From: an uncultured Christensenellaceae bacterium
Lineage (GTDB): Bacteria; Bacillota; Clostridia; Christensenellales; UBA3700
NCBI GenBank assembly: GCA_944380295.1
Contig: CALWHE010000002.1
Location: 121,237-185,236, forward strand
Reading direction: 5' to 3'
Length of the DNA stretch: 64,000 bases
Shown here: positions 34,001-38,960 of the stretch, piece by piece
Position numbering within the stretch: the stretch's first letter is position 1
Layout: every line of letters begins with the position of its first letter
The notes under the pieces: generated by a model
Told to the model about the DNA's origin: nothing
What the model saw: the letters and a program-made list of their open reading frames with translations, nothing else
The model's database searches: none
Translations under genes and position numbers: made by a program

Positions 34001-37000
34001 CTGATGGAAACGGTGATGGTCTGCTCCTCTTGCACGGGAGCGTCCGTCTTGACGGGAGTGATGTCCGGGAAGCGCTGCGTGCCGTTCACGTAAATGGAGA
34101 AGGTCTGCGCCGCCTTGCCGGTCAGATCCACCGTCAGCGTGTAAGTGAAGGTGGAAGCGTCATAAGACGCGCCGGTGAGCGCGGTGACCAACTTGCCGTC
34201 GGCGCCGTAAAGCTCATAGCTTTCCGCCGCGCCGAACGGATCGAACGCCTGCCAGGTGAAAGTGACGGCGTTTTCCGTCTGATAAGACGCGGTGGGCGCA
34301 TCCGCCTTGTAAGGCTCGGCTTCCGCCACGGCGTCGAACATCACCTGATCTTTGGCGTCGAGTTTGGTGTATACCTGAATGTAATAATTGTCCGCGGGAG
34401 CAGAGTGGGTGAGCGTCCACACGCCGGAAGCGGAGTCGAACGCCGCCTGCGCGAGCGCGGACTGATCTTTTGCTCCCGTATCGGCTATCGGCATGCCGGT
34501 GGCGTCTTTACCCGCGTATACCCTATAATATACGCTGCTTGCCGCGCCGTATTTATTCCATCTGAGCGTGACGCTCTCGCCCGTTTCATATGCTTTGAAG
34601 CCCAGTCCGGAGGAGAAATCTATCAAGCCGCCGAGCAGCGTGCCCAGGCTGAGATCTTCAGAAAGCTGCTCTTTCAGATCGTCGAGCATGCCCATCAGAC
34701 CAACATCTTTCACCTGATATTTGCCCAAACCGAAGTAAGAGAGGTTGATATACAAGATGTCTTGCTTCGTGAGCATGACTTCCACAACGGGTTCTTCCGC
34801 CGTGCCGGCATCGCCGTCGTCTATGGCAATGCCCAGCTTTATCACCTGCTCGTTATCCTTCTTGTAAAGCTGCGCCCTGATGGCAAGCTTGACCTTCTCG
34901 GAAACTATGCCCAGATCCAAAGACTCCAACATGCTTATCAGATCCTCGTCGTTCATGTTGGGAATGAGCGCAAACACTTCGCCCAACAGGTTGGCTATGG
35001 CAACGCTGCCGTTGGGCACGGTGAGAGAAAGCTCCAGCGTGCTGTTGAAGAGCGTGTCCAGCAAGCCGTCGAGCAGCGCGTCGTCCGCGTTCTCCCAGCC
35101 TGCGGGCAGATATTCTTCTTCTATCAACCGCGCTATCTCGTCTGCCAAGCCCTCGCCGCCTATGCTCCATCCGCCGTTGAGATCGAGCGTGATGTTGGCG
35201 TTCAGACCGGAGCTGCCGCCTCCTTCGGGCAGGAGCAGATCGCCGGATATGCCGGCGGTGAGCTTGCTGTCCGTGAACTCGACGTCTATCATTGCGTCGC
35301 CTTGCAGGAACCGGCTGGCGTCAAAGTCTATGTTCAGTCCTATGGAACCGAGCAGATTGAACACCGCCGTCAGCGTTGCGGTGACGGAGAGCAGATCGTT
35401 TTTGACGGTTATATTTATCAGATCCGTGTTATCCGCGCGTGCGCTCGACCTGACTACCGTGCCGCTGCCGCCGTTCAGCGCAGCCACGGCGCTTTCAACC
35501 GCCTCCTGTTCTTCTCCGGTGAGGCTGGCGATAAGCCCGCTCAGATCTATGGCAAGATCGTTATCCGGAATATTGGCAAGCAGAGAAGCTATCAGCTGTC
35601 CGGCATTGAAGTCGTCGTAGTTAATCTTGTAAACGGGCAGATCTATGCCCAGAATATTCAGACCGGACACATCCACTATTATATAGTTATCGTGCAGATA
35701 AATGCCCAGGACCGTGCCTTCCTTTATGATATAATCATCGGTATTGCTGCTCAGCGTGAAGTTACTGTTGGCATGCAGTTGCAGGTAAAGCGAAGATTTT
35801 TCGTAATCGGTTTCGTCGATGGCGATACCCACGTTGAGCGAAAGATCGAGTTCGGCGTCAGTCTGCACATCCACCTTAAGATCGCCCAGGTCGAGTCCGA
35901 ACACCGCCAGCAGGTCGCCTATATTGTAAGTCCCCTTCTTAAAGCTGACGTCCAGTCCCACGCTGCCCTGCAAGCCCGCGGCAAGCGTGCTCACGATCAG
36001 ATCGTTGAGGTTGGAAGTGTATTGCGTGTCGCCAATCACGCCGTCTACGTAGTCGGCAAAAGTGGGGTCGCCTTTTTCTATCGGCTTGACAAGTTCGAGC
36101 TTGTCGAGCGCGATCTGCAGCTGCGCGCCGTTGCAGTCAAGCCCGATGGTGAGATCGCGCAGACCGCTGCTGCCGGAAGACACGCTGATGGTGCCCGTGC
36201 CGAAGTCGGGAATGTTGACGCCGGACACGTCCACGCCGAAGCCGGAGATGGCGGTGAGCACGCTGTCTATCAATTCCTTATTGATGGTAACGCTCAGCGT
36301 GTCGTAATCGGCGCCTTCCGTTATCTGCACCCACCTGTCTGCGCCTTCTATTTTGAGCACGGAGAAGATGGTGGTGAACAGTCCGACGATATCGCTCGAA
36401 ATATAAACGTTGCCGTCCTGCGCCATGGCAAGAGAGGTGACGATGCTCGTATCGCCGTTAAGTCCTTCCAGCTTTGTATCGCCAGTTATCATGCCGTGGT
36501 CGGTGCCGAAGAAACCGTCTATCGCCTCTATCGCCACTTCCTTGATCGCGCCTATCATGGAAGGCAGGTCGCAATGTATCTTAAAGCCTTTGCCGTTCCA
36601 GATATCCGCGCCGGTGATACCGCTGACTATCTGTCCGATGTTTACATATATATAACCTTGTCTATAATATACGCCCGCGACGACCGCGTCGTTATTCTTG
36701 GAGTCTTTTATCTCGATGGAAATAACGCTCTCGTCTTCCACCTCTTCTTCACCGGGCGAATAAGGCTTTTGCGCAATGTCGAGGTCGATGGCAAGATCCA
36801 GCCTGTATCCGAGGTCGGCTTCCAGCATCAGCACGCCTTCGGGCAGAATGCCGGGCGCGAAAATGCCGATTATCTGCGCAATGTCCACCATGCCGCCGGG
36901 AGCGCTCAGTGTGCTCAAAGACACGCCCGCGGACATCTGAATGTGACCGAAACTGTATGTGTTGTTGTAATGCTGCACCTTGGCGGGCACAACGGATTGA

Positions 37001-38154
37001 TTTGCGTCGGCGTCGTTCCTGTCCGTTACGGAGATGCTGCCGCCGTCTATTTCATAGAGCACTTCGCCGGTGTCTTCATTGACAAAGGAAGAGGCGAGCG
37101 AGATAAGATTGCCGTCGGGGTCTACGGTCCCTTTAAGAGTGAAAGTGCTGGTGGGCACCACTTCCGCAAGATAGTCAAAGATGGGCATTAAGTCTATCGA
37201 AGCGAGCGCGGGCACCAACGAACCGAGCATGCCGAGAAGGCCGCCCAGACTGGTCCCGAGTTGACCGAGCGCGCCGGGATGCAGCTCCATGGTGTAAACC
37301 GTGTTGCCGTCTGCGTCCACTTCCTCGTAACCCACGCCGCCGAGCGCCGCGTCGAGGACAATGGAGAGGATATCTATCGGCATGCCGCCGATGTTGATAA
37401 GCCCGCTGAGGGTCTCGGGCAGTTTGACGTGCAGTTGTTCTGCAAGGGCAAGTATGTAGTCAAAGTTGAAGTCTTCAAGCAAAAAGACGGAACCCGTTTC
37501 GTCATCGGGGTCCGTGTCGATGTAAAGACCGCCGGGGATCCCGTATTGGTCCGTCACGTAAAGGCCTATCAAGCCCTTGTTCTCCGTCACGTTGCGGATC
37601 ACAAGTCCCAGGTCGTAATCGTATTCTCCCTGACCCGCCGTGCCGCGTTTGACGTTGGACTTGAAGTCTATCGAATACTGCGTGCTGCCTCCGGTGGCTT
37701 TGTCCGGAACGGTGAGCGTGGTTGAGTATTCGCTGTGAAGATTGCTGCCGGTCGTCATGGCGTCGAGGATGGACGTGAGCGTTTCCAACGCGCCGAGACT
37801 TTCATCTTCTTCGCCCGACCACTGCGCCGTCAGCTTGACCTTGGATCCGGGTCTTGCGCTGATGGGAACGATGAACGGCTGCCCCGCCACAACGGGAGTG
37901 CCCATATCGTCCACCCACTGCGAAAACTCGTAACCTTCGCGAGTGGGCGCGTATGAAGAAAGATCCAGGCTAGTGCCGGGTTTAACGTTGTTCACTTCCA
38001 CCTCGGCCGCGCCGCCGGTGAAAGTGCCGCCGTTTGCGTCCAAAACGACGGTGACCGGTTCTTCGGCACATGCGGAAAGCAACAGACCGCATGCCGTTGC
38101 CGCAAGCACCGCTACCATGAGAATAATCAGAAGTTTGTTCTTTGACTTGCCCAT
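16051..38154 (-). CDS. Giant lipoprotein (7367 aa): lipobox signal peptide, Listeria-Bacteroides-repeat (Flg_new-like) domain, ~14 copies of an unrecognised large repeat module interspersed with FN3-like domains, Ig-like C-terminal repeats
   Basis: Uninterrupted 22.1-kb ORF with SD gagggg before the ATG at 38154. N-terminus MGKSKNKLLIILMVAVLAATACGLLLSAC (L-S-A-C lipobox). Then VTVVLDANGGTFTGG...REGYEFSQWVDD...KLTAQW. Recurrent GIYL..G.(I/L)Y(V/I)DLS motif and FN3-like (T/V)(F/W)xW....GA..Y.V strings (see findings). Confidence 0.9.
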   Translation of the reverse strand: MGKSKNKLLIILMVAVLAATACGLLLSACAEEPVTVVLDANGGTFTGGAAEVEVNNVKPGTSLDLSSYAPTREGYEFSQWVDDMGTPVVAGQPFIVPISARPGSKVKLTAQWSGEEDESLGALETLTSILDAMTTGSNLHSEYSTTLTVPDKATGGSTQYSIDFKSNVKRGTAGQGEYDYDLGLVIRNVTENKGLIGLYVTDQYGIPGGLYIDTDPDDETGSVFLLEDFNFDYILALAEQLHVKLPETLSGLINIGGMPIDILSIVLDAALGGVGYEEVDADGNTVYTMELHPGALGQLGTSLGGLLGMLGSLVPALASIDLMPIFDYLAEVVPTSTFTLKGTVDPDGNLISLASSFVNEDTGEVLYEIDGGSISVTDRNDADANQSVVPAKVQHYNNTYSFGHIQMSAGVSLSTLSAPGGMVDIAQIIGIFAPGILPEGVLMLEADLGYRLDLAIDLDIAQKPYSPGEEEVEDESVISIEIKDSKNNDAVVAGVYYRQGYIYVNIGQIVSGITGADIWNGKGFKIHCDLPSMIGAIKEVAIEAIDGFFGTDHGMITGDTKLEGLNGDTSIVTSLAMAQDGNVYISSDIVGLFTTIFSVLKIEGADRWVQITEGADYDTLSVTINKELIDSVLTAISGFGVDVSGVNIPDFGTGTISVSSGSSGLRDLTIGLDCNGAQLQIALDKLELVKPIEKGDPTFADYVDGVIGDTQYTSNLNDLIVSTLAAGLQGSVGLDVSFKKGTYNIGDLLAVFGLDLGDLKVDVQTDAELDLSLNVGIAIDETDYEKSSLYLQLHANSNFTLSSNTDDYIIKEGTVLGIYLHDNYIIVDVSGLNILGIDLPVYKINYDDFNAGQLIASLLANIPDNDLAIDLSGLIASLTGEEQEAVESAVAALNGGSGTVVRSSARADNTDLINITVKNDLLSVTATLTAVFNLLGSIGLNIDFDASRFLQGDAMIDVEFTDSKLTAGISGDLLLPEGGGSSGLNANITLDLNGGWSIGGEGLADEIARLIEEEYLPAGWENADDALLDGLLDTLFNSTLELSLTVPNGSVAIANLLGEVFALIPNMNDEDLISMLESLDLGIVSEKVKLAIRAQLYKKDNEQVIKLGIAIDDGDAGTAEEPVVEVMLTKQDILYINLSYFGLGKYQVKDVGLMGMLDDLKEQLSEDLSLGTLLGGLIDFSSGLGFKAYETGESVTLRWNKYGAASSVYYRVYAGKDATGMPIADTGAKDQSALAQAAFDSASGVWTLTHSAPADNYYIQVYTKLDAKDQVMFDAVAEAEPYKADAPTASYQTENAVTFTWQAFDPFGAAESYELYGADGKLVTALTGASYDASTFTYTLTVDLTGKAAQTFSIYVNGTQRFPDITPVKTDAPVQEEQTITVSISEAANTATWARVSGAAYYMVEFIGSNGKLLWEPSRVTDTGRAFVTFMWGGNYTGYTVKVSAYGKDGGEPIATGSSQASVGGDIISTIAPLLSALSIKGNLISLNLTRELLGDLIASLTGGATITLVDVSVTDLDIFKGSVDLTIGIYEDASVEDGQGYDINGSLTLSGTEGKPDVDKGEADDYSEYKEINLLYGAGLTKSVIGILSDGISLEADLTIDVEAGAYNVSKIIGPFLPDDIAEYLGDSLTWTVGSNGVRAEIAATLGVYAAFNEEDLSDSGFMVRIAFPEGVSLSADDTQPGNVVAGNGFIIKKNSAITIAVSQNTLVVDLSAITVLGITLPVYKVEEFDLAGFVAGYLTQLEDAVANMYNDGNGMRYLEESSVTADESGVEFTIAFDYIVNSDYIGNGKKFETVYFDKDAAEGGKEVLLRGVTHEYNEKTTTHTISGSYNVQAAAGDYIAVYALDTLGNRYDCLKLTANGDPVAFAPAVSSVQAQAFADNDRFENYINIDPTKLQVLVTSQAVFSLLSQVVPDIPASVSSMEFDVEIGLGTPEGESEKAIWVNLDGTFDNKSVGLGLKAGIGIGGQIGGVSIPKFIDNAYAALPASDQDTEYPTKLISGILDEVLSSKLTLSITAAAAESVGFDLLGVARQLVSGVVNLGDTALTLIAEESGEPVRIDLELALDGKMGEGDVDLNMISLKLNYVTKSKTTTLMGIYVYNGSLWLDLSGMGMGAVEVPATDIIDNLTAYLGGLIDGLKVGDTGLNIDLAGLLDLIAEGGTYPYGDALTPVQSVSGAEGDTAAEDEGLSESAKNVIKAIVSMVSVEYANIKLTVTNNIINELLSLVDSMSMTLNAEASGYLDIFAGKGKITATIKDGVDASAKEMTLKLGLKVSKTEAGAAAALGEYIDGLAPVQIDLSKMEHSVVTLLNSLDMSLDLNLTAAGGTTDIWAVIAPILKTVLTMNNQNVEDALEAIEKNGVDWTIDKSNIELSLTLAADLQETAGALDIEQSTLVVGIIADTDTPLVLGASGADNKPILDAGEGIYVTIYNGNLYVDLSQVELLGMEFPVLKVENFDMMEYLADIVKIAAEKVEELLGKLPESKQGAAMLALANGTQTLAGDAEGGASLVLDSDLTLSVAMTAITKILKDTSIIDLTKLTEDNLLPWEVQLTTAAGKGNQLKLSLNNTQDLEGSSYKGTGLEADLTLSAGFRTRVKTDDTDLRNKLIKYARGEGENAQTVEDRFADKSADLINEVINTVLRSRITLELGAGSNGETFDLRYALNGLLEMLDMSGIDPEKYDKYFNIDTSQGVKYRLDLVLDGNAENLAALNAYIGIEMTSAVAPTDADWETVIGIYLVDGDIYLDLSAIRNGALGGGVLQVTGSSIMDLAARTIENLLSGVNLDLNKLINLSYDPDWTDPNKDTEKSGNVQTGTFAPALTVNSLPIGTLVDHLIKLVSLENLGVALSAQTAALQALTKDLFGTAIDFVEAEGDLLLVDGKLDLEVNVSNAAAGSSEETNVYTLGATLDISTGYDIEDKIKAIKEKPATVIDLTSGATLSESIVGILGNLALDLKVNINLPGGVFGIGDLLNSFGIVEGGLTDSNGLDLIFEPLYVGADETVTTGGMQLGLNLSLKMALDYNDPVNTLAMLKISFDRDMIMGTTADGGDKVLFKEGTDFLTLIIDGTDLYIDLSDIRLLGLSMPKYHSTKFDISSFVTYVLDNALENTDLVIYGNMYVGCEVNNGNAVFTWSPVSGADSYEVSYADVDGQIQTVSGITLQKGEEKLTFTVPVAQLPEVYELTVVAKDADGTPIKSGTGTNSFSMTSTADMQGDKQGYTVSWNRVPGADQYYIYADNVLYSQITALSVFVEAPVTEVKVVPYKEGAPIQGVVGLIKTGGRVQQTSLAPENAGATTTLRYPWKLKENEAMLIGVTQNDIAAIVSFTAVEAFLKLFGMDADLGNYNAMIDLIITRDPDNEAWMQLHFVGELDEDMYYKDAKTEGTVSISGVELGGTPGWRDEVRTEAADIAKGAADAGSMLIEGIIEQVLNLSAHLELKVDPESSDALNIGAVLAYIFAQTNVDLDLGDIMLELTGLNVGIDLNLAIDPDDHNNSKATVEISDAGKGEKLIGIYLNGYEVVLDLGGISLGRFAVTDSALPDLIYGVVDDLLNTISNIDIDLDTIVDTLYGLIDEAFGVTSSDDSAQTNSLASIPQLGVSGALSGYGFTKQGDVYVSVSAGADKTTTFTWSRYSGASHYVVELYNGYDNSKTNLIREALRDTVSSIDGAVMTDDGTLVLPSNITTVRVLTSVLNNIGLISDAESKYNGVEFPAYYVFVVRAGRYDAASQTFTPANIGGNEVYASTTNNTLLKTIMGMIKIRNGAIEVDARALMVDKLLRGVLGVAFDWANAKVSAEIVAGSAQIDINISDGTPGEYVATESTAKPEPEGTNLKYTWQLTEEQAQAASFTFELRERAGDTAEYGHYLVLNSVDDASAWTLPTQENNWKLTLTVDTSTTENAWLNQKNRVPDETRTNLEMAVAQALPLRVTANYSVETVNITGSMQLGSDGAAKAEAALTGGADPVYVNGALAQNIQNISLMDNASLLDSVKELMDGFRLGAELAIYIDEGKYDMGALISDILVAAGVGMEGLDEIQNVYWTITAPFVFNLRLELLLEMGSAEDMRIALTLKSDGLEIDGNNAINPGTLIGLYYKNGQVLLDLTNFKIAGITLPAYTLELELFDLVDGMLEDLISGLDISAVSGGFKATADTDGVTVTGDMERYAQFEVIFNEQESGVTKANAESGVKFEAPEAGKAYTAVVKAYNADGKLMGISNVSFDPEEQKSEAQQGKVQGVSLAPEGGTSALTQKDAIVLGISSEEIALRAAFGAVATLLSTALSGNETVATVAGVLELLDLNAGVRMAKDQDLTLSLYGLLNWEHITAENSEYQAKTVEVDREKVKYLSGVQGGEGAATTVAYSFSPIAGATSYTAKLYNSADVPVGGTPTGTPIVENGEIRNGAVYFESENITVDTAASGGYTAIIEANVDAPVNMQLSLGTSQLLGVDKSQIASQLDALLGENGSVNFEERVEAYQSKLLTGLVDTLLNTHISLEIDLAMLEGALGSDDVQMVAGKVSVSDLVLSIAGDIIVSAGLSIEDIIGSIDLTLDVDVTTLILDISMNLDLEHPANSSLMVQACSLINGVRDVLIGLYVYPDRNNENVPLLTLDLRALGLRAYTLQNFDYIVNLQNMLREALLGDGEEEGLLGNYDIDLEQTIKDLLNPPADEPTEDETTPNGPVQTPAPEAPEEEQLPSISIKARNDADADTTTFTWGAMEGVDHYELIFTDAKGNPLTKEDGTTYDVQNVSGTSYTLQGRVLQLYNVKVVAHTDTHEALAEGSRQMNGAIASVINAVSMENTIIGLEVTPQIVNNLLAAIAPDISINTDPINVGASVDIFNGDASAEIDLTLKYEAPQEDVTFRLGARLGLGMAEELYSLDPSVTTPISEVLAELGTDVDTINFGASSEDAGVDAARITQALIDALNTTQVSADLLVEFDAGTYDVGAMLSEMGIEALQDVSLMWTFDTDQSIALTLTLGMYVDTNGLRGDGTWFLLDIKAKNEIKLGNVVVNNSDMGTPCTIPAGESIISIYGKETYGSVGTVYVDLSGISLLGFDMPVISAEYAFTDMLINEFYDIIASIMDLGQYLEAEYAVEPDGDMTFTWGEVTLGTAQAAPEVSYEVSVVGVTSTGVRDTVYTGVLGGTSLTVAAAQLAEYTSFEVSVSAYFDNNGAKRVLAERTTMIEPSKQSEVMLEYVTPEDIYAQEGNASLARVENVTFEYTGSGVGSVSWAAYPGALKYKVSVRRVSDGGSLKGTSDYLVHAVEGEETYSANVTGLLAALNAFDATHPMMGAEDDYGYIISVYAYTDEKVADVDNVAGLETFSPAAVGAVNTFTDMNVWFAPLASEYLGGTTGRYYVGWGKVSGATSYTVLPYRVVNELANGVMTTKYPLVGAKDSSGVGFSVDDLKLGKDELGRDELSFGYYNVTYTREYYVEVVAYDEHGNLIARGEIVAGLGKITDEPTLVPVSSIALVLDSERFGLEVQLSAVLAILEGVGVDLPVDLRGLDVSAALGLDTTLDKAAGSSDKISVAQDADGNTDVDGFMLQALSNGEHTLTVTYTNSGGVQTSKTSVFTWTDGVVSNVSGDMPITAAGFVQQSMRRNGDYEIELSGATVANARFVTSRTINLGIYGNVMRPVEVPSGSSGEAYSLTVSNAENSTIGVTEDGRKLFWQPVAGAKEYRLNIVKTVDGETQADETFTLTSFVQEVDFTEAGVYTVTVVAIGADGAELSTGRQSAVVTVKGESHLNIAISIPYESVVVGASDEAGTFAQLQEEIDKKIAGIDGSKNYETLMEMVHAYLADFSVSLDLNMETFTSEFNLQTIINSILGAIGVTTEIGAPIYINTDDISGMGVSLSVDWHLDWITPSNSYASIELTYNGMYSGKPVTNVMLGAYLSEGSVYVDLTGLGLFGIKLQAGTLYSFLTEMIVDTINGLFSGIQSDIVQDGDINFSDAITMLLGEYPTLDLVQIVENRAGVQGAALADEGAAMAAEESAAGGTDVTGIITALLNAVSLNSTNIFLNAGTAILDNVTSTLLGIKLGLDADLQAQLPLLAGKIIASLRLDNVTFEATLGIEAMNQPEAPALNDADFINLNAESSGSEFAKALLSSLPLDLTLDLVNSTMESAAYNGYSHGRLSHGIYPTGTRISVEVVRESKRFTDHLKNPFTASAGDIVVILSTIDATQQNGTEGGGKDQPILYLHISLSGGNMTAYLAQDAITLRAWAHIIVGIEAAIDLGDGVTVLGGGISINIAAIPLTIPISLDLASTLGDLFQGLLDTLNSLGQTDSGSSGGGSTGGNTSSGTGETVDPYGITTAHINGGDALDGARYTVSFNAIINETAWNEDGAPTAWAEAYDRYFVVVSRADGSIVDRVEVPANGYTSQSGGRYTAEMVQNYYSTYTISIVGEADPTGFAAAFADLDIWKLLGGGQVKGDYDSNTGEFKPSDGGSVITTTGGIYMNLNSTGEMNLTIRFDPYEINKAVDALFGSIFGANSALDLTTASLGGGTYFGINYLQFMWWDRATMSYQRLSGEARNNEDSERITKAGDDPNSTLDSLDVNLRGLLADLLQQMNISVNEAGLVLTPDAVRSRSDDLQYVRYEDRDRNPGAVTTLMTIFMKLMPISIWTSAELNVNMTNGVLTNISFMGRDEGTAVLRYDPEYTRDGVTGVNRVYVYYADTLYGNGTEYQSGMQGNMTYITNGKTNVGRDTGRKITVNYRTSSGAVATTTKNVYSYAIPYGDVYDSSSDYYFMNVEVTPGLGAGGGNKGYGGYSADHNYSAASGSASLYRRGYSASAGHASNNYTKVNNRNDQWSDLESYTRIEIYNTGESVNADNAGLGDVYNGGVVSWGNLPNRIVFDQYKMGWYQDAAQYLMDAYFGNTYTARWQNGTRFSRANVTFSVNGASGSGFQTALESALGGADRGGSFTVTATADFGHTTANMQIIIEKCDIVDTTASDPGAHTGKDEYKELDAWTLYYYDELPDYIIMTTWRDERKRYSVTTDENAFKRGEADALLTGYQTDSAGSAQGDYVEATVKFRNNKTAVLPITYLDSTLVDPTVSVDMNTLNNEWLEDGTYEEAIDKIRRAIESVAIQYADGSVLTNSSRISWGGQPEISLKTQLVSKKYGNKTLGEWITAFTADENNLNGDTFYINITVAMDAGLRANNAAGDLDAFTQPLVVTVDIPGKKPASISVRGSAANTVVLNPYDYYMYLVTGDDSYNPLPSSVDVTYETGVTESVSVFWRAFTEDETVKGAIQTAGLHVSEWYVNTSNIKLLLENDETRYAFRWQRYEMAAQINSGVIRTMEFLVDGEWVTSVPKGVTDVTARVTFTSGHVMELPAVIRPSAAQANIGYAYIGYNVDVYQRTGALVDYEGCHLKQSRRITIG

Positions 38155-38474
38155 AATTTACCCCTCTGAATGTTGCTCTATATTAAAGCACACGATTATT
38201 ATATAGAGCCGTCCTTAAGAAATAATGAAGAAAATCGGCGTAATTGTAAAAATACAGCCGAAAATTGTCTTACCTTAAATAATTTTAAGGTTGAAAATTC
38301 TTAAAATCGGCTTTAACAATGCAAAATACGAGTAAAATCACGATTTTTGAAAGAGAAATCTGCGGACAAATTTTTTGTGTAAAATAAAAGTAAAATAACG
38401 TGATTTTTTTTAACCCTGCGATAAAATGCGCAAAATAACTCGGTTTTGACCAAAGTTCGGGCGAATTTATAACC

Positions 38475-38960
38475 TGCGGGTATCGTTTGCGCCGATACCG
38501 ACGGCGACAGGCATTTTATGCAAACCGAACGATCTATGACCCATGGCTATCGGGTAAACGGAAACGAGCGGGAAACGAACGCCGCCTTTCCCTAGTGCCC
38601 CGCAGCTCAAACACATGCCGCGGCGACGGACAGATACAAACAAGTGCAACAGCGATCTTTCCCTCTCGCTCCACCGGCAACACCTGCCGCGGCAACGGGC
38701 GGATACAGGTTAATGCTGCAACGATTTTCTCCTTGCACCCCGCCGACAAATACTTGCCGCGGCAACGGGCGGATACAAGCAAATGTAATTGCGTTATTCC
38801 CGTTCCGCAGCACCAGCTATCTTATGCCTCGACGACGGGACAGAGGTAAAAACAAAGCGACCTTACCCTTCCTCCACACCGGCGACGCCTGCCGCGGCGG
38901 CGCATTTCCCTGACGAGCCGCAGACTATCGGCGGCAGGCTTCCGCAAGAGAACGGATAAA
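38475..38960. repeat. Degenerate tandem repeat, unit ~65-70 bp, about 7 recognisable copies (weaker copies continue to ~39560)
   Basis: The anchor tgccgcgg(c/g)(a/g)acgg recurs at 38616, 38685, 38755, 38825 (variant tgcctcgacgacgg) and 38890, giving periods of 69, 70, 70 and 65. The rest of each unit is also alignable between copies (e.g. agcgatctttccctctcgctccaccggcaaca versus acgattttctccttgcaccccgccgacaaa). Confidence 0.75.

Noticed and set aside
2456-37191. Very long plus-strand ORFs (1773, 964, 737, 748, 726, 1488, 944, 1053 aa and many shorter ones) covering the giant-gene region
   Set aside because: They are antisense shadows of the two giant minus-strand genes. In the codon-aligned antisense frame, stops arise only from sense TTA, CTA or TCA codons, which these GC3-rich genes almost never use. 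Their translations are His/Arg/Gly/Val-rich low-complexity sequence without signal peptides, SD sites or domain-like motifs. The minus-strand products have coherent domain architecture.
38475-38960. CRISPR array interpretation of the 65-70-bp periodic repeats
   Set aside because: The inter-anchor segments (would-be spacers) are themselves homologous between units. This makes it a degenerate tandem repeat, not repeat-spacer architecture. The repeats are poorly conserved, and no cas genes are present.
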